Source: a bacterium
GTDB taxonomy: Bacteria > UBA8248
Assembly: GCA_965207065.1 (NCBI GenBank)
Contig: OZ242260.1
Span: 3,968,001-4,032,000 of the forward strand
Direction of reading: 5' to 3'
DNA: 64,000 nucleotides
Shown here in pieces: positions 9,441-18,813 of this stretch; the first letter of the stretch is position 1, and every line of letters begins with the position of its first letter. Position numbers and translations under genes: made by a program. The notes below the pieces were generated by a model, which ran no database searches, had not been told where the DNA came from, and saw nothing but the letters and a program-made list of their open reading frames with translations.

Positions 9441-10142
9441 TTATCTGTATACCAGCACGCTCTCCAGTTCATCGAGCGAGGTGATTTCCGCGTTGATTTC
9501 GTGCGGGACGCGTTCTTTTTTCTGCCCGAACCGATTCACCCATACGACGCGGTATCCGAAATGAGAGGCGCCCGCGATATCCCAGCCGTTGGACGAGAAA
9601 AAGCAGATTCTATTCGCAGGAACGCCGAGCCGATCCACTGCAAGTTGATAGACCGATGCGTGCACCTTGAATATCCCCACGCTCTCCACGGATAAAATCT
9701 CTTCCAGATATTCCTCGATTCCGGCGTTCTTTACCGCGCTGTCAAGCATTTCAGGAGAGCCGTTCGAGAGAATCGCGGCCCGCGCGCCGTCTGCACGCAA
9801 CTTCGAGAGCACGCCTTTCACCTCGGGATACGCACTCAGTTGCTTGTAGAGCATCATGAGATCTTCGCGAAGGTCCTGATTCTCCATCCCCAGCGTATCC
9901 ATGGCGAAATCGAGCGCATCGCCCGTTACCTGCCAGAAATCCGCGTGAGAGCCCATCAGGCTTCTCAGCCAGGTGTATTCAATCTGCTTGGTCCGCCAGA
10001 GCGAGGAGAGCGCCTGCCACTGATCGCCGATTTCTGATTGTTTTTTCGCCGCCGCCGCGGTCACGTCGAACAGCGTGCCGTAGGCATCGAACAGACACAG
10101 GTCGATTTCATGATCACCCAGCCGGAGCATATCTCTTTTCAC
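9441..10142 (-). CDS. Haloacid dehalogenase type II (L-2-haloalkanoic acid dehalogenase)
   Basis: FDAYGTLFD, WRTKQIEYTW, LSNG, FK, SSNGWD, WVNR. Confidence 0.9.
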   Translation of the reverse strand: MKRDMLRLGDHEIDLCLFDAYGTLFDVTAAAAKKQSEIGDQWQALSSLWRTKQIEYTWLRSLMGSHADFWQVTGDALDFAMDTLGMENQDLREDLMMLYKQLSAYPEVKGVLSKLRADGARAAILSNGSPEMLDSAVKNAGIEEYLEEILSVESVGIFKVHASVYQLAVDRLGVPANRICFFSSNGWDIAGASHFGYRVVWVNRFGQKKERVPHEINAEITSLDELESVLVYR

Positions 10143-10165
10143 CTCCTCAAAATGCGATTGTTCTC

Positions 10166-11140
10166 TTAGGGAGTCAAATTTATCTTGCCCAGGAATTTTC
10201 CGCTCAGAAGGACCTCATGCGATTCATTCGCCTGCTCCAGCGGAAGCTCCCGTCCGATATGAGGCTTGATGGCTCCACTCTCCAGCAAAGGCTCCAGACG
10301 CTTCAGGATACCCGGAACGAGAGGATTCAGATTGCCTGATGAGAGCGCCAGAATCCTGGCGTCCCGGCCCATGGCCGCAGGCAGCGGGATCGTCACCTCC
10401 GGCCCTTTGCCGGTTCCCGTTCCGACGACGACGATTCGGCCGTTGATGGCGTTGAGCTTGAGGTCCGAACCCAGATTGTCACAACCAACTGTTTCGACGA
10501 CGACATCGACGCCTCTACCGTTCGTTAGATCCATCATGCGTTCAGGCACGTCTGCTTCCCTGTAGTTAATGGCCGCTTCGGCGCCCGCCGCAAGGCAAAA
10601 ATCCGCCTTTTCCTTTGAACTTACGGTCGTGAACACCCGGCAGCCTATCGTGCGGGCAAGCTGGATGGAGAGATACCCCACGCCACCGGCTCCCCCCTGC
10701 ACAAGCACGCAATCGCCCGGAGCCGCTTCCCCCTTCACGACCAGGGCGTTCCAGGCAGTAAGGAGCGGGATGGGCAGTGCGGCCCCTTCCGCAAAGGAGG
10801 TCGAATCCGGCAACTTGCCCGTCGAGTCTGCGGGCAGCAGTCCTTTTTCGGCATACGCCCCGGTGGAGGCGCGGCCCCACACCCGGTCCCCCGGCGCAAA
10901 CGCCTCGACACCATCGCCAATCGCCTCCACTTCGCCGGCGACGTCCGTCCCACACGTATAGGGCAGCGTCATCGCCCTTGCGCGCGGATGATTCCCCGAG
11001 CGGATGGCGACTTCCAGGGGGTTCACTCCCGCAGCCGCAATTCGCACCAGCATCTCGCCCGGCCCGGGCTTCGGCTCCGCCACCTCCTCCAGCTCCATGG
11101 GGTGCTCGAGCCCGAACCGCGTCACTCGTACAGCTTTCAT
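10166..11140 (-). CDS. MDR-family NADPH:quinone oxidoreductase (zeta-crystallin-like), paralog 1
   Basis: AAGVNP, GTDVAG, QGGAGGVG, GRGVDVVVE, GKI. Confidence 0.9.
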   Translation of the reverse strand: MKAVRVTRFGLEHPMELEEVAEPKPGPGEMLVRIAAAGVNPLEVAIRSGNHPRARAMTLPYTCGTDVAGEVEAIGDGVEAFAPGDRVWGRASTGAYAEKGLLPADSTGKLPDSTSFAEGAALPIPLLTAWNALVVKGEAAPGDCVLVQGGAGGVGYLSIQLARTIGCRVFTTVSSKEKADFCLAAGAEAAINYREADVPERMMDLTNGRGVDVVVETVGCDNLGSDLKLNAINGRIVVVGTGTGKGPEVTIPLPAAMGRDARILALSSGNLNPLVPGILKRLEPLLESGAIKPHIGRELPLEQANESHEVLLSGKFLGKINLTP

Positions 11141-11170
11141 CGTATTCTCCTTTTGCGCCTCGTCTCTCGG

Positions 11171-12157
11171 CTACGGGACCAGAACGACCTTGCCCAGGAA
11201 CTGACCCTCCAGCACGTAATCGTGCGCTTCGTTTGCATCCTCGAAACTCGACGCCTTATCGACGTTGACCCGGAACGCGCCCTCTCGCAGCAGGGGCGTG
11301 AAACGGCGCACCAGCTCCGGCATTTTCGGGAACAGATTCACCACGGCCAGCCCCAGCACCACGGCGTCTTTCGTCATGACCGCAGGCACCCGGAATTCCG
11401 CGCCCGGGCCTTTGCCCGTGCCTGTGCCGATGACGATGATTTTCCCGTCCACGCGGATGGCGTCCAAATCCTTGTCGAAGTTATCGCAGGCGCAAAGCTC
11501 GACGACGACGTCGACGCCGCGCCCGCCGGTGAGCTCCATGCAACGCTCGGCGAAATCCTCCTCGCGGTAGTTGATCGTCTCGTCAGCGCCCATCTCCTTG
11601 CAGAATTTCGCCTTCGCATCGGAACTCACCGTTGCGAAAACGCGGCAACCCAGCCGCTTGGCGAGTTGAACCGCCGCCATACCCACGCCACCGGCGCCGC
11701 CCTGCACCAGCACCGTCTCGCCGGGGCCCGCCTGCGCCTTGATGACGAGCGCGTTCCACGCCGTATAGAACGCCACCGTGATGCACGCCCCTTCCTCATA
11801 GGAGTAGGCTTCGGGCAACTCGGCCATCGCGCCTGCCACGAGCCGCACGTTTTCTGAGTAGCCTCCGCCCATGGCGCGGCCATACACCCGCTGCCCGATC
11901 CGCCAGCCTTCCACGCCATCGCCCAGGGCGATGATTTCTCCGGCCGCCTCCGCGCCCGGAATATAAGGGGGCGTCACCAGCTTGGCGTAAGGGTGCTTGG
12001 CGGCCCGTATCGCCAGGTCGACCGGGTTCACGCCGACTGCGCCGGCTTTTATCAACACCTCGCCGGTTTCCGGCTTCGCGTCCTCCACTTCGTCCACCCG
12101 CATGGGGACATCCATGTTGAATTGATGTACGCGCACAGCTTTCATCAGAATTTTCAC
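11171..12157 (-). CDS. MDR-family NADPH:quinone oxidoreductase, paralog 2
   Basis: VGVNPVD, PGAEAAG, QGGAGGVG, GRGVDVVVE, GKVVL. Confidence 0.9.
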   Translation of the reverse strand: MKILMKAVRVHQFNMDVPMRVDEVEDAKPETGEVLIKAGAVGVNPVDLAIRAAKHPYAKLVTPPYIPGAEAAGEIIALGDGVEGWRIGQRVYGRAMGGGYSENVRLVAGAMAELPEAYSYEEGACITVAFYTAWNALVIKAQAGPGETVLVQGGAGGVGMAAVQLAKRLGCRVFATVSSDAKAKFCKEMGADETINYREEDFAERCMELTGGRGVDVVVELCACDNFDKDLDAIRVDGKIIVIGTGTGKGPGAEFRVPAVMTKDAVVLGLAVVNLFPKMPELVRRFTPLLREGAFRVNVDKASSFEDANEAHDYVLEGQFLGKVVLVP

Positions 12158-12246
12158 CCCTTAGTTGTGAGTAATAGTCCGAAAGTTATCGAACGAAATA
12201 AGAAATCCGCCTCTTGTCTCATCACATTACGACGAACGAGAAATCC

Positions 12247-13098
12247 CTAATACTCATCCGTCCAGCTTCTGCGGCGTCTTTCGCCGGCGTCACACGGCGG
12301 AGCCGCCCTCGATACCAGAACAGGGCTTCCCTTCGGGTCCGGCGGATCACCCGCCTCATGCCTTTCCGTTCCAGGCAAGCCGACGATCTCCAGAATCAGT
12401 TTTCTCCTGATGGCGCGTCCGAAAGACTTGAAATCATTCGCGACCACCAGGAAAGAGCGCCTGCCCCCGATGACGCAATTTCTGTAATACAAATCCAGGT
12501 TCGGCATCGGCATTCTTCCCCAGGGACTCGGCCGGTTGTTCACGATGGGAAGCCCGTTTATCGTCACGCCGGCACGTATGGCCCTGTCCCGCGCATTCGT
12601 CACATAGTCTCCGCTGTTGTTCGGTCCATCCCCGGAAATGTCGATCGTGCGGCGCTCGCTCGTAATACCGTTGTTCTCGAACAGCGGTAGCGCGAATTCT
12701 ATCGCGCCGCTTATCGACGTATAGGGCCCTACCCCTATCGGCGCCTGAGAGAGCAGGTAAGCGAACTCCTCGGCGCTCGCGCCGTCATGAATCCGCTTCC
12801 AGCCCACGACGACTCTCTGAAAATCGAAGCCCGCCCACTCCATGTAGGTGACCGCGATGCTTTTGTGCCTTCCCGATTGAATGGCGCGCAAAACAGACGG
12901 AGAGCGAAAAGCGTTCACATACCCCATCCGCTGGAGCTTGCCCTCCACCTCGTCCACGCTCCCGGAAACATCGACGGCCAGGACGAGTTCCAGATCCACG
13001 CTGACCGGGGCGGACCACGCGAAACTCACACCCAGGGAAATCGCTAAAATGGTCAGAAAACCCACCAGGCCGCCCCGCACGCTCGAATAGCGCATCAT
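12247..13098 (-). CDS. DUF1194 (vWA-like) exported protein
   Basis: Signal peptide, VDLELVLAVDVSGSVD, IDISGDGPNN, INGLPI, YYRNCVIGG, RRKLILEI. Confidence 0.88.
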   Translation of the reverse strand: MMRYSSVRGGLVGFLTILAISLGVSFAWSAPVSVDLELVLAVDVSGSVDEVEGKLQRMGYVNAFRSPSVLRAIQSGRHKSIAVTYMEWAGFDFQRVVVGWKRIHDGASAEEFAYLLSQAPIGVGPYTSISGAIEFALPLFENNGITSERRTIDISGDGPNNSGDYVTNARDRAIRAGVTINGLPIVNNRPSPWGRMPMPNLDLYYRNCVIGGRRSFLVVANDFKSFGRAIRRKLILEIVGLPGTERHEAGDPPDPKGSPVLVSRAAPPCDAGERRRRSWTDEY

Positions 13099-14108
13099 TT
13101 CTCTTTCAAGACACCGGCTGCGGATTCCAGTTCCAGGCGAATCTGCTCCATCAGGGAGGAATACATGTGTTTTTCGGTGAGTAATTCTCTGGCTTCCTCC
13201 TCCACATCTTCTCGCTTGCCCAGGGCGTAATCACAGCGGACCACCCGCCATTTTGAAAATTCGCGGTACAAGCTCGAAATCTCGTCTTTCGACAGTTTCA
13301 GGCGAGACTGTAATTTCACATATTCCGCCCGTGCACGCGAGTAATCCTCGGCGATGAAAAAGCTTTCCGCATAGGCGACCTCGTACAAGACGTTCTTCGG
13401 ATAGCGCGCGCGCAGGTACGCGACGTCTTTTCGCGCCTCTTTGAATTTTTCCGCCCGGTACAGCGCCCAGATGAGGGCCAACCGCGCCGAGTTGGAGATC
13501 CAGCCGTTCCCGTCGACCGCACGCCGCAGATAGGCTCTGCCCTTCCCGCTCGTATCGCCGATGAAAAACCGGAACATCCTGACCCAGTTCTCGGTGCTTC
13601 CCCGGATGTGATAAATCCCCAGCCCGTAGTAGGCGTCGTGAACTTTCGCGTCGAGTTCGAGCGCCTTTTCGAGATGATTCTGCATCGCGCCGGCCCGCAG
13701 GAACGCGGTGAGATAGCTGCTGCTATCGAGCGCATCGACGATGCGCATGCCCTCCGTCAGCCCCGCGAGGAGGAGCGCTCTCGTGTCTTCCGGGTTTTTC
13801 TCCAGCAATGCCTCCGAGAGGGCCAGCGCCTTTTCGGCATTTTCGCGCCAGGTCTCAGAATACGCCTTGCGCCGGATATGCCCTTTCAGGATGTGGAAAA
13901 CGGACGCCTTGAAGAAATACCCCTCGGGACGTTCGGGCGCGGACGCTATCACCCGGTCGAACGAATCAGACGCGGCGGAATAGTCGCCCGCGGCAACCTG
14001 CTCGAGCCCGAGATCGATCGATTTCTCATCCAGAGACGCGCCATGAGAGAAGTTCGCGGACATCAAGGCGACGAAGAAAATGAATGCTCTCGCGTATCGG
14101 AATGCCAT
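13095..14108 (-). CDS. Exported tetratricopeptide-repeat protein
   Basis: Signal-like N-terminus after GGAGG RBS; helical repeats (ALELDAKVHDAYYGLG). Confidence 0.75.
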   Translation of the reverse strand: MAFRYARAFIFFVALMSANFSHGASLDEKSIDLGLEQVAAGDYSAASDSFDRVIASAPERPEGYFFKASVFHILKGHIRRKAYSETWRENAEKALALSEALLEKNPEDTRALLLAGLTEGMRIVDALDSSSYLTAFLRAGAMQNHLEKALELDAKVHDAYYGLGIYHIRGSTENWVRMFRFFIGDTSGKGRAYLRRAVDGNGWISNSARLALIWALYRAEKFKEARKDVAYLRARYPKNVLYEVAYAESFFIAEDYSRARAEYVKLQSRLKLSKDEISSLYREFSKWRVVRCDYALGKREDVEEEARELLTEKHMYSSLMEQIRLELESAAGVLKEK

Positions 14109-14247
14109 GTACCCTCCGGTAATCCATGCACGGGCGGCAGGCTCTGGAACCGGGCGTGTATCCACATCAATCACGATTTGCCCGCACCCGGAATTGGGCC
14201 TATCGTAGTATCGTTGGTTCGGGCATTTCAACCACAGTGAGACGAGA

Positions 14248-15573
14248 ATGTTGAACATAAAACCTCCTGATGCGGCGATTCGAATCATCCAGACCCTGGA
14301 AGCCTCGGGGCACCGGGCGCTTCTGGCGGGCGGGTGCGTGCGGGACGCACTGCTCGGCTTTGAGCCGAAAGACTGGGATATCGCCACGGACGCGGCGCCG
14401 GAGGCCGTGCAGGGCCGCTTTGAGAAAACCGTCGCGGTGGGAGCGCAGTTCGGCGTGGTGCGCGTGCGGGTGGGGGACCAGGAATTCGAGGTGGCGCAAT
14501 TCCGCGAAGACGGCCCCTACAGCGACGGAAGACACCCCGACGCCGTTCGTTCCTCCGATGAGAAAGGCGACGCGAATCGGCGCGATTTCACCATCAACGG
14601 CATGTTTTACGACGTATCGAACCATGAACTCCTCGATTATGTGGGCGGCAGGCGCGACCTCGACGAGGGCGTCATCCGGGCCATCGGCGAGCCGGGCCTG
14701 AGATTCTGTGAAGACCACCTGCGGATGATGCGGGCGGTTCGCTTCTCGGCGAGATTCGGCTTTTCTCTCGACCCGGCGACCGCCGCCGCAATCGAAGCCA
14801 ACGCCGGGCGCATCGGGAAAATCAGCCCCGAGAGAATCCGCGATGAACTGACGACGATACTGACCCAGAACAACGCCGACGCCGCCTTCGCCATGCTCGA
14901 TTCCTCGGGCCTCCTGGAACACGTGCTGCCCGAAGTCGCCGCCATGCGCGGGGTGGCGCAGCCGCCGGAATTTCACCCCGAGGGCGACGTGTGGACGCAC
15001 GTCCTCGCCATGCTGCGCATCGAGCGCTCCGCCTCGCCGACGCTCGCCTGGGGCATACTGCTCCACGACGCCGGCAAACCGGCCACATACGCCGTAACGG
15101 ACAGGATCCGCTTCAACGGACACGACAAGGTCGGCGCGCAGATGAGCGCGGACATCTGCGAGAGGCTCCGCATGCCCAGGGCGCAGGCGTCGAGAATCCA
15201 CGAGCTGGTCGCGAACCACATGCGCTTCATGCACGTCGAGAAGATGCGGGAGGCCCGCTTGAAGCGCTTCCTGCGCGAGCCGTATTTCGAGGAATTGCTC
15301 GAACTCCACCGAATCGATTGCCTCGCCAGCCACGGGAACCTGAGGACCCATGAGTTCTGCGCGCGGAAGCTCGGCGAGCTTCACGAGGAGGCCCTGCGCC
15401 CGCCGCGCCTGCTCGACGGCCACGGGCTCATGGCGATGGGCTATCCGCCGGGGCCCGGGCTGGGCGAAATCCTCGCTGCGATAGAAGACGAACAGCTCGA
15501 GGGGCGTATCTCCACCAGCGAGGAGGCCCGCGAATTCGCCCGGCGGAATTTTCCGCCGCAGCAGGATGGCTGA
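14248..15573 (+). CDS. CCA tRNA nucleotidyltransferase / poly(A) polymerase family with HD domain
   Basis: GGCVRD, DWDIAT, RRDFTIN, EDHLRMMRAVRF, ERIRDEL, FHPEGDVWTH, LLHDAGK. Confidence 0.92.
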   Translation: MLNIKPPDAAIRIIQTLEASGHRALLAGGCVRDALLGFEPKDWDIATDAAPEAVQGRFEKTVAVGAQFGVVRVRVGDQEFEVAQFREDGPYSDGRHPDAVRSSDEKGDANRRDFTINGMFYDVSNHELLDYVGGRRDLDEGVIRAIGEPGLRFCEDHLRMMRAVRFSARFGFSLDPATAAAIEANAGRIGKISPERIRDELTTILTQNNADAAFAMLDSSGLLEHVLPEVAAMRGVAQPPEFHPEGDVWTHVLAMLRIERSASPTLAWGILLHDAGKPATYAVTDRIRFNGHDKVGAQMSADICERLRMPRAQASRIHELVANHMRFMHVEKMREARLKRFLREPYFEELLELHRIDCLASHGNLRTHEFCARKLGELHEEALRPPRLLDGHGLMAMGYPPGPGLGEILAAIEDEQLEGRISTSEEAREFARRNFPPQQDG

Positions 15574-15643
15574 ACCGTTGATCCGCGGCCCCATACGCAC
15601 TAGGATGGCTTTCATTCGTTTCCGCCGACTCCGGGTACCACCT

Positions 15644-16177
15644 ATGGCTCCGATATCCATCATGACGGCGACAGAACTCGCACTCTCGCTCAGGAGAATC
15701 GCCTCCGAGATGGTGGAGGCGTGCGCGGCGGAGGGGAACGTCGCGCTCATCGGCGTGCTCACCCGGGGCGAGCCGCTCGCGCGGCGCCTGGCGGGGCACA
15801 TCGAGGAGATGGAAGGCATCTCGCCCCCCCTGGGCGCGCTGGACATCGGCGTCCACCGGGACGACGGCGGCCACCCGGCCGAGCGGCCCGGCTCCGCGCC
15901 CACCCTCGTCGATTTCGACCTGACGGGCCGGGGCGTGTTCCTCGTCGACGACGTCTTCTTCACGGGCCGGACCGCCCGCGCGGCCATCGACGCCCTGATG
16001 GAGCTCGGCCGCCCGCGCAAGATATGGCTCGCCGCCCTCATCGACCGCGGCCACCGGGAGCTCCCCTTCCGCCCCGACTTCATCGGCAAGAACGTGCCCA
16101 CCGCGCTCGCCGAGCGCATCCGGGTGCGGGTGCGCGAGGTCGACGGCGAGGACGGCGTCTGGCTGGAGAAGGAGTGA
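15644..16177 (+). CDS. pyrR: Pyrimidine operon attenuation protein / uracil phosphoribosyltransferase PyrR (start uncertain, 15566-15662)
   Basis: GVLTRG, LDIGVHRDD, LVDDVFFTGRTARAA, DRGHRELPFRPDFIGKNVPT. Confidence 0.88.
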   Translation: MAPISIMTATELALSLRRIASEMVEACAAEGNVALIGVLTRGEPLARRLAGHIEEMEGISPPLGALDIGVHRDDGGHPAERPGSAPTLVDFDLTGRGVFLVDDVFFTGRTARAAIDALMELGRPRKIWLAALIDRGHRELPFRPDFIGKNVPTALAERIRVRVREVDGEDGVWLEKE

Positions 16178-16620
16178 GGACGATGCGGGCGATTGCGGGT
16201 CAGGCGCGCGTGAGGAGCGAGCGTCCGCCGGCCGGGGCGGGCGGGTTCGCCGGCATGATGTGGTGCGGGCAAATGCGGGCGGTTGCGGGGAAATGCGGTG
16301 GTCTGAAAAAACTTTTTAATCCGGTAAATTTCGATAAAATGTTCACAACCTTCTTTATGATATCTCCATAACCATCTGAATTCATATCGATTGATTCCCT
16401 TGCTCCCCGCTCGTCCGTTTTCGGGAATTTATCGAAAAACCCCGTGAATTTATCTGAATTTACGGAAAATACCACTATTTTCATTTTCTCCGCCGCATCC
16501 ATGAGACCCCCTCCCCAGGCCGGCGCGGCCTGCCCCGCCATGTGCGCGGGATAAAACCCGACCGCAGCGGGCAGGTTTGACGCGGCCGGTGCGGGCGGGC
16601 TTAATCCCCAATCCCCCTCG

Positions 16621-16672
16621 CGGGCGGCATCGCTTTTATACCCCCCTGACAAGGGGGGGTAGGGGGGGTTGC
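16621..16672. repeat. CCCCCTGACAAGGGGGG palindromic repeat family (further copies at 63324-63353, inverted, and 63382-63430)
   Basis: ttttatacccccctgacaagggggggtagggggggttg is identical at about 16634 and about 63394. Confidence 0.8.
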
Positions 16673-16979
16673 TTTTGGGGCAGGCCTCCCCTCTCGGGCT
16701 CACTGTATATACGTCAGACATATATGTCCGGCCTGCCATTTCACATCCCTCGAACCGAATCACGAAATCAGGACATTGCACCAGCTCCGCAGCGGGCGGG
16801 TTCGACCCGGCCGGGGCGGGCTTTTTCAGCATTCCCCGAGGCGGGAGCGTCCGCCGTATTCACTCTTGCAGATTCCACGAACAAGCCTCCTCTCCCTTCG
16901 ATCGATTCCGACCGGGGCGGGCTGACCTTACCGGAATCCGCGATCGCGCGGTGCACGGCAAATGCGGGCTATTGCGGGG

Positions 16980-17173
16980 CAAACGCTCGCTCCTCGGGGT
17001 TGTTGAAAAAGGCCTCGTTGGGGGTGTGATGGTTTTGTAGGGGCCGCATATTATGCGGCCCGTGTGCCCCTAACGGGGAGGGTCGCATAATATGCGACCC
17101 CTACAACTTCACATCCGTCGAACCGAACCGCAGAGTCGGGACTTTTTCAACAACCCCGAGGAGCGAGCGTTTG
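16980..17173. mobile_element. MITE with perfect 32-bp terminal inverted repeats enclosing a GTAG-REP doublet
   Basis: caaacgctcgctcctcggggttgttgaaaaag (16980-17011) is the exact reverse complement of 17142-17173; inside are gtaggggccgcatattatgcggccc and gggtcgcataatatgcgacccctac. Confidence 0.8.
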
Positions 17174-17189
17174 GAATCAACAGATTAGA

Positions 17190-17470
17190 GAGAAGAACCA
17201 CTACCCCCCTTGAGGGTCGTGGCCGACACATGAGAGAGGAAAATCACTCCCCCCTTGAGGGTCGTGGCCGACTTACGAGGGAGAAGAATCACTCCCCCCT
17301 TGAGGGGGAGTCGAAGAGCTGAGGGCGTTAGCCCGAAAGCGATTCGGTGGGGGGTATAACTCGGAGTGGCGATAAAACGCATTTTACCCCCCACCGATTC
17401 AGCCTTCGCAAATATCGCTCGGCTTCATCGTCGGCTTTCCCCTCGGGAAGCCGACCCTCAAGGGGGGAGT
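17190..17470. repeat. About 150-bp dispersed palindromic repeat (CACTCCCCCCTTGAGGGGGAGT family), preceded by two tandem partial copies of about 40 bp; second copy at 26010-26161
   Basis: 17281-17429 aligns closely by eye with 26010-26161. Confidence 0.8.
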
Positions 17471-17537
17471 GAATTCCCTCTCTCGTCGGACGACAAGAAC
17501 TTTCAAGGGGGGGGTTGCCTTTCCAGGCGGGCGGCGT

Positions 17538-17567
17538 TTGACGAAGCCCGCGTACCCTTTTTATACT
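17538..17567 (+). promoter_or_regulatory. Putative sigma70 promoter of small-protein copy 1 (TTGACG-N18-TATACT)
   Basis: The same boxes and 18-bp spacing occur upstream of all four paralogs. Confidence 0.65.
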
Positions 17568-17616
17568 CGTTATCGAACACGAGGGTTCCGATCGGCCCCA
17601 CTCCGGGGAGCAAAGC

Positions 17617-17916
17617 ATGACGACGTACGAATACCTCAACCTCATCGCCTCCTATGGCGGTCTCGCGCTCATCTACCACGGCATCCGCGTCATGTCGAAG
17701 AACGCCGACATGCGCTCCGCCGACTCCGAGCGCAAGCATGACGAGTTCATGGCCGAATCCAAACGCAAGCATGACGAGGCGATGGCCGAATCCCGCCGCA
17801 GGGAGGTGGAGGGCGTCCGCAGGCACGAGGAGTCCATGGCCGCCCTGCGCGAACTCATCGACGGACAGGCGGAGAGCCGCATGGCCCTGCGCGAACTCAT
17901 CGAACGAACCAGATAA
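17617..17916 (+). CDS. Small single-TM plus hendecad coiled-coil hypothetical protein, paralog 1 (99 aa)
   Basis: GGGGAG RBS; MTTYEYLNLIASYGGLALIYHGI hydrophobic N-terminus; SERKHDEFMAE-type 11-aa repeats; three other paralogs in the window. Confidence 0.8.
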   Translation: MTTYEYLNLIASYGGLALIYHGIRVMSKNADMRSADSERKHDEFMAESKRKHDEAMAESRRREVEGVRRHEESMAALRELIDGQAESRMALRELIERTR

Positions 17917-18207
17917 CCCGAACCGAGCGCCACGGTCGAAATTCCCGAAGAGGGAAATTCGACGCCCCTACGGGCCACCGCGCCTGTACGCCACGCGGCG
18001 GGATGATATCCCCACATCGCCAGAACGTATCTGTAGGGACAGGCCCCCGTGCCTGTCCGAGGCCACCGTGCCTGCACGCCACGCGGCGGGATGATATTCC
18101 CACATCGGCAGGACGTATCTTTGGTAGGGACAGGTCGCGACCTGTCCCTACGGGGTCGGTGGCCGGAATGACGGCCCAAGGCGCGCGCGGGAGGGCCACG
18201 GCAGCGT

Positions 18208-18237
18208 TTGACGAAGCCCGCGCGCCCTTTTTATACT
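18208..18237 (+). promoter_or_regulatory. Putative sigma70 promoter of small-protein copy 2 (TTGACG-N18-TATACT)
   Basis: Near-identical to 17538-17567. Confidence 0.65.
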
Positions 18238-18287
18238 CATACACCCACACGAGGGTTCCGATCGGCCCCACTCCGGGGAAAGAACGC

Positions 18288-18539
18288 GTGACGGCGTACG
18301 AATACCTCAGCATCATCGCCACCTACGGCTACCTGGCCCTCATCTACCACGGCATCCGCACGATGGAGCGAACCTGCGAGAAGAACTACGGGGACTCCGA
18401 GCGCAAGCACAATGAAACGATGGCCGAATCCGAGCGCAGACATGACGAGTTCATGACCGAATCCGCGCGCAGGCATGACGAAGCGATGGCCGATATCCGG
18501 CGCAGGGAAGAGGAAGCGATGTCCAGGCGTTTGTTGTAG
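18288..18539 (+). CDS. Small single-TM coiled-coil protein, paralog 2 (GTG start; 3' end apparently truncated at a REP)
   Basis: VTAYEYLSIIATYGYLALIYHGI, three 11-aa units; the stop TAG lies within the GTAG of the following REP; lacks the HEESMAALRELIERT tail. Confidence 0.7.
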   Translation: MTAYEYLSIIATYGYLALIYHGIRTMERTCEKNYGDSERKHNETMAESERRHDEFMTESARRHDEAMADIRRREEEAMSRRLL

Positions 18540-18813
18540 CGGACAGCCCCGTGGAGGGGCTGTCCGACGCCACCGCGCCTGTACGCCACGCGGCGGGATG
18601 ATATCCCCATATCGGCAGGACATATTTGTGGTAGGGACAGGCCCCTGTGCCTGTCCGTGGTCGCGACCTGTCCCTACGGGGTACGGGGTCGGTGGCCGAA
18701 ATGATTACGGGGTCGGTGGCCGGGATGACGAAGGACGACCACGGGGGGCCGGAGAATCCAATGGGCTGGTCCCCACGAAATCTTCCGTGGAATGAAAACC
18801 GGGGTCCCTGGAG

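Noticed and set aside
15644-16300. pyr operon or PyrR attenuator downstream of pyrR
   Set aside because: No pyrB, pyrC or carA follows, and I found no PyrR-binding loop motif.
16200-17645. ORFs 16200-16832, 16577-17029, 17092-17322 and similar
   Set aside because: They are translations of REP/MITE repeats (for example PPLSGG, SPLEG, VAYMRP) with no convincing RBS or domain.
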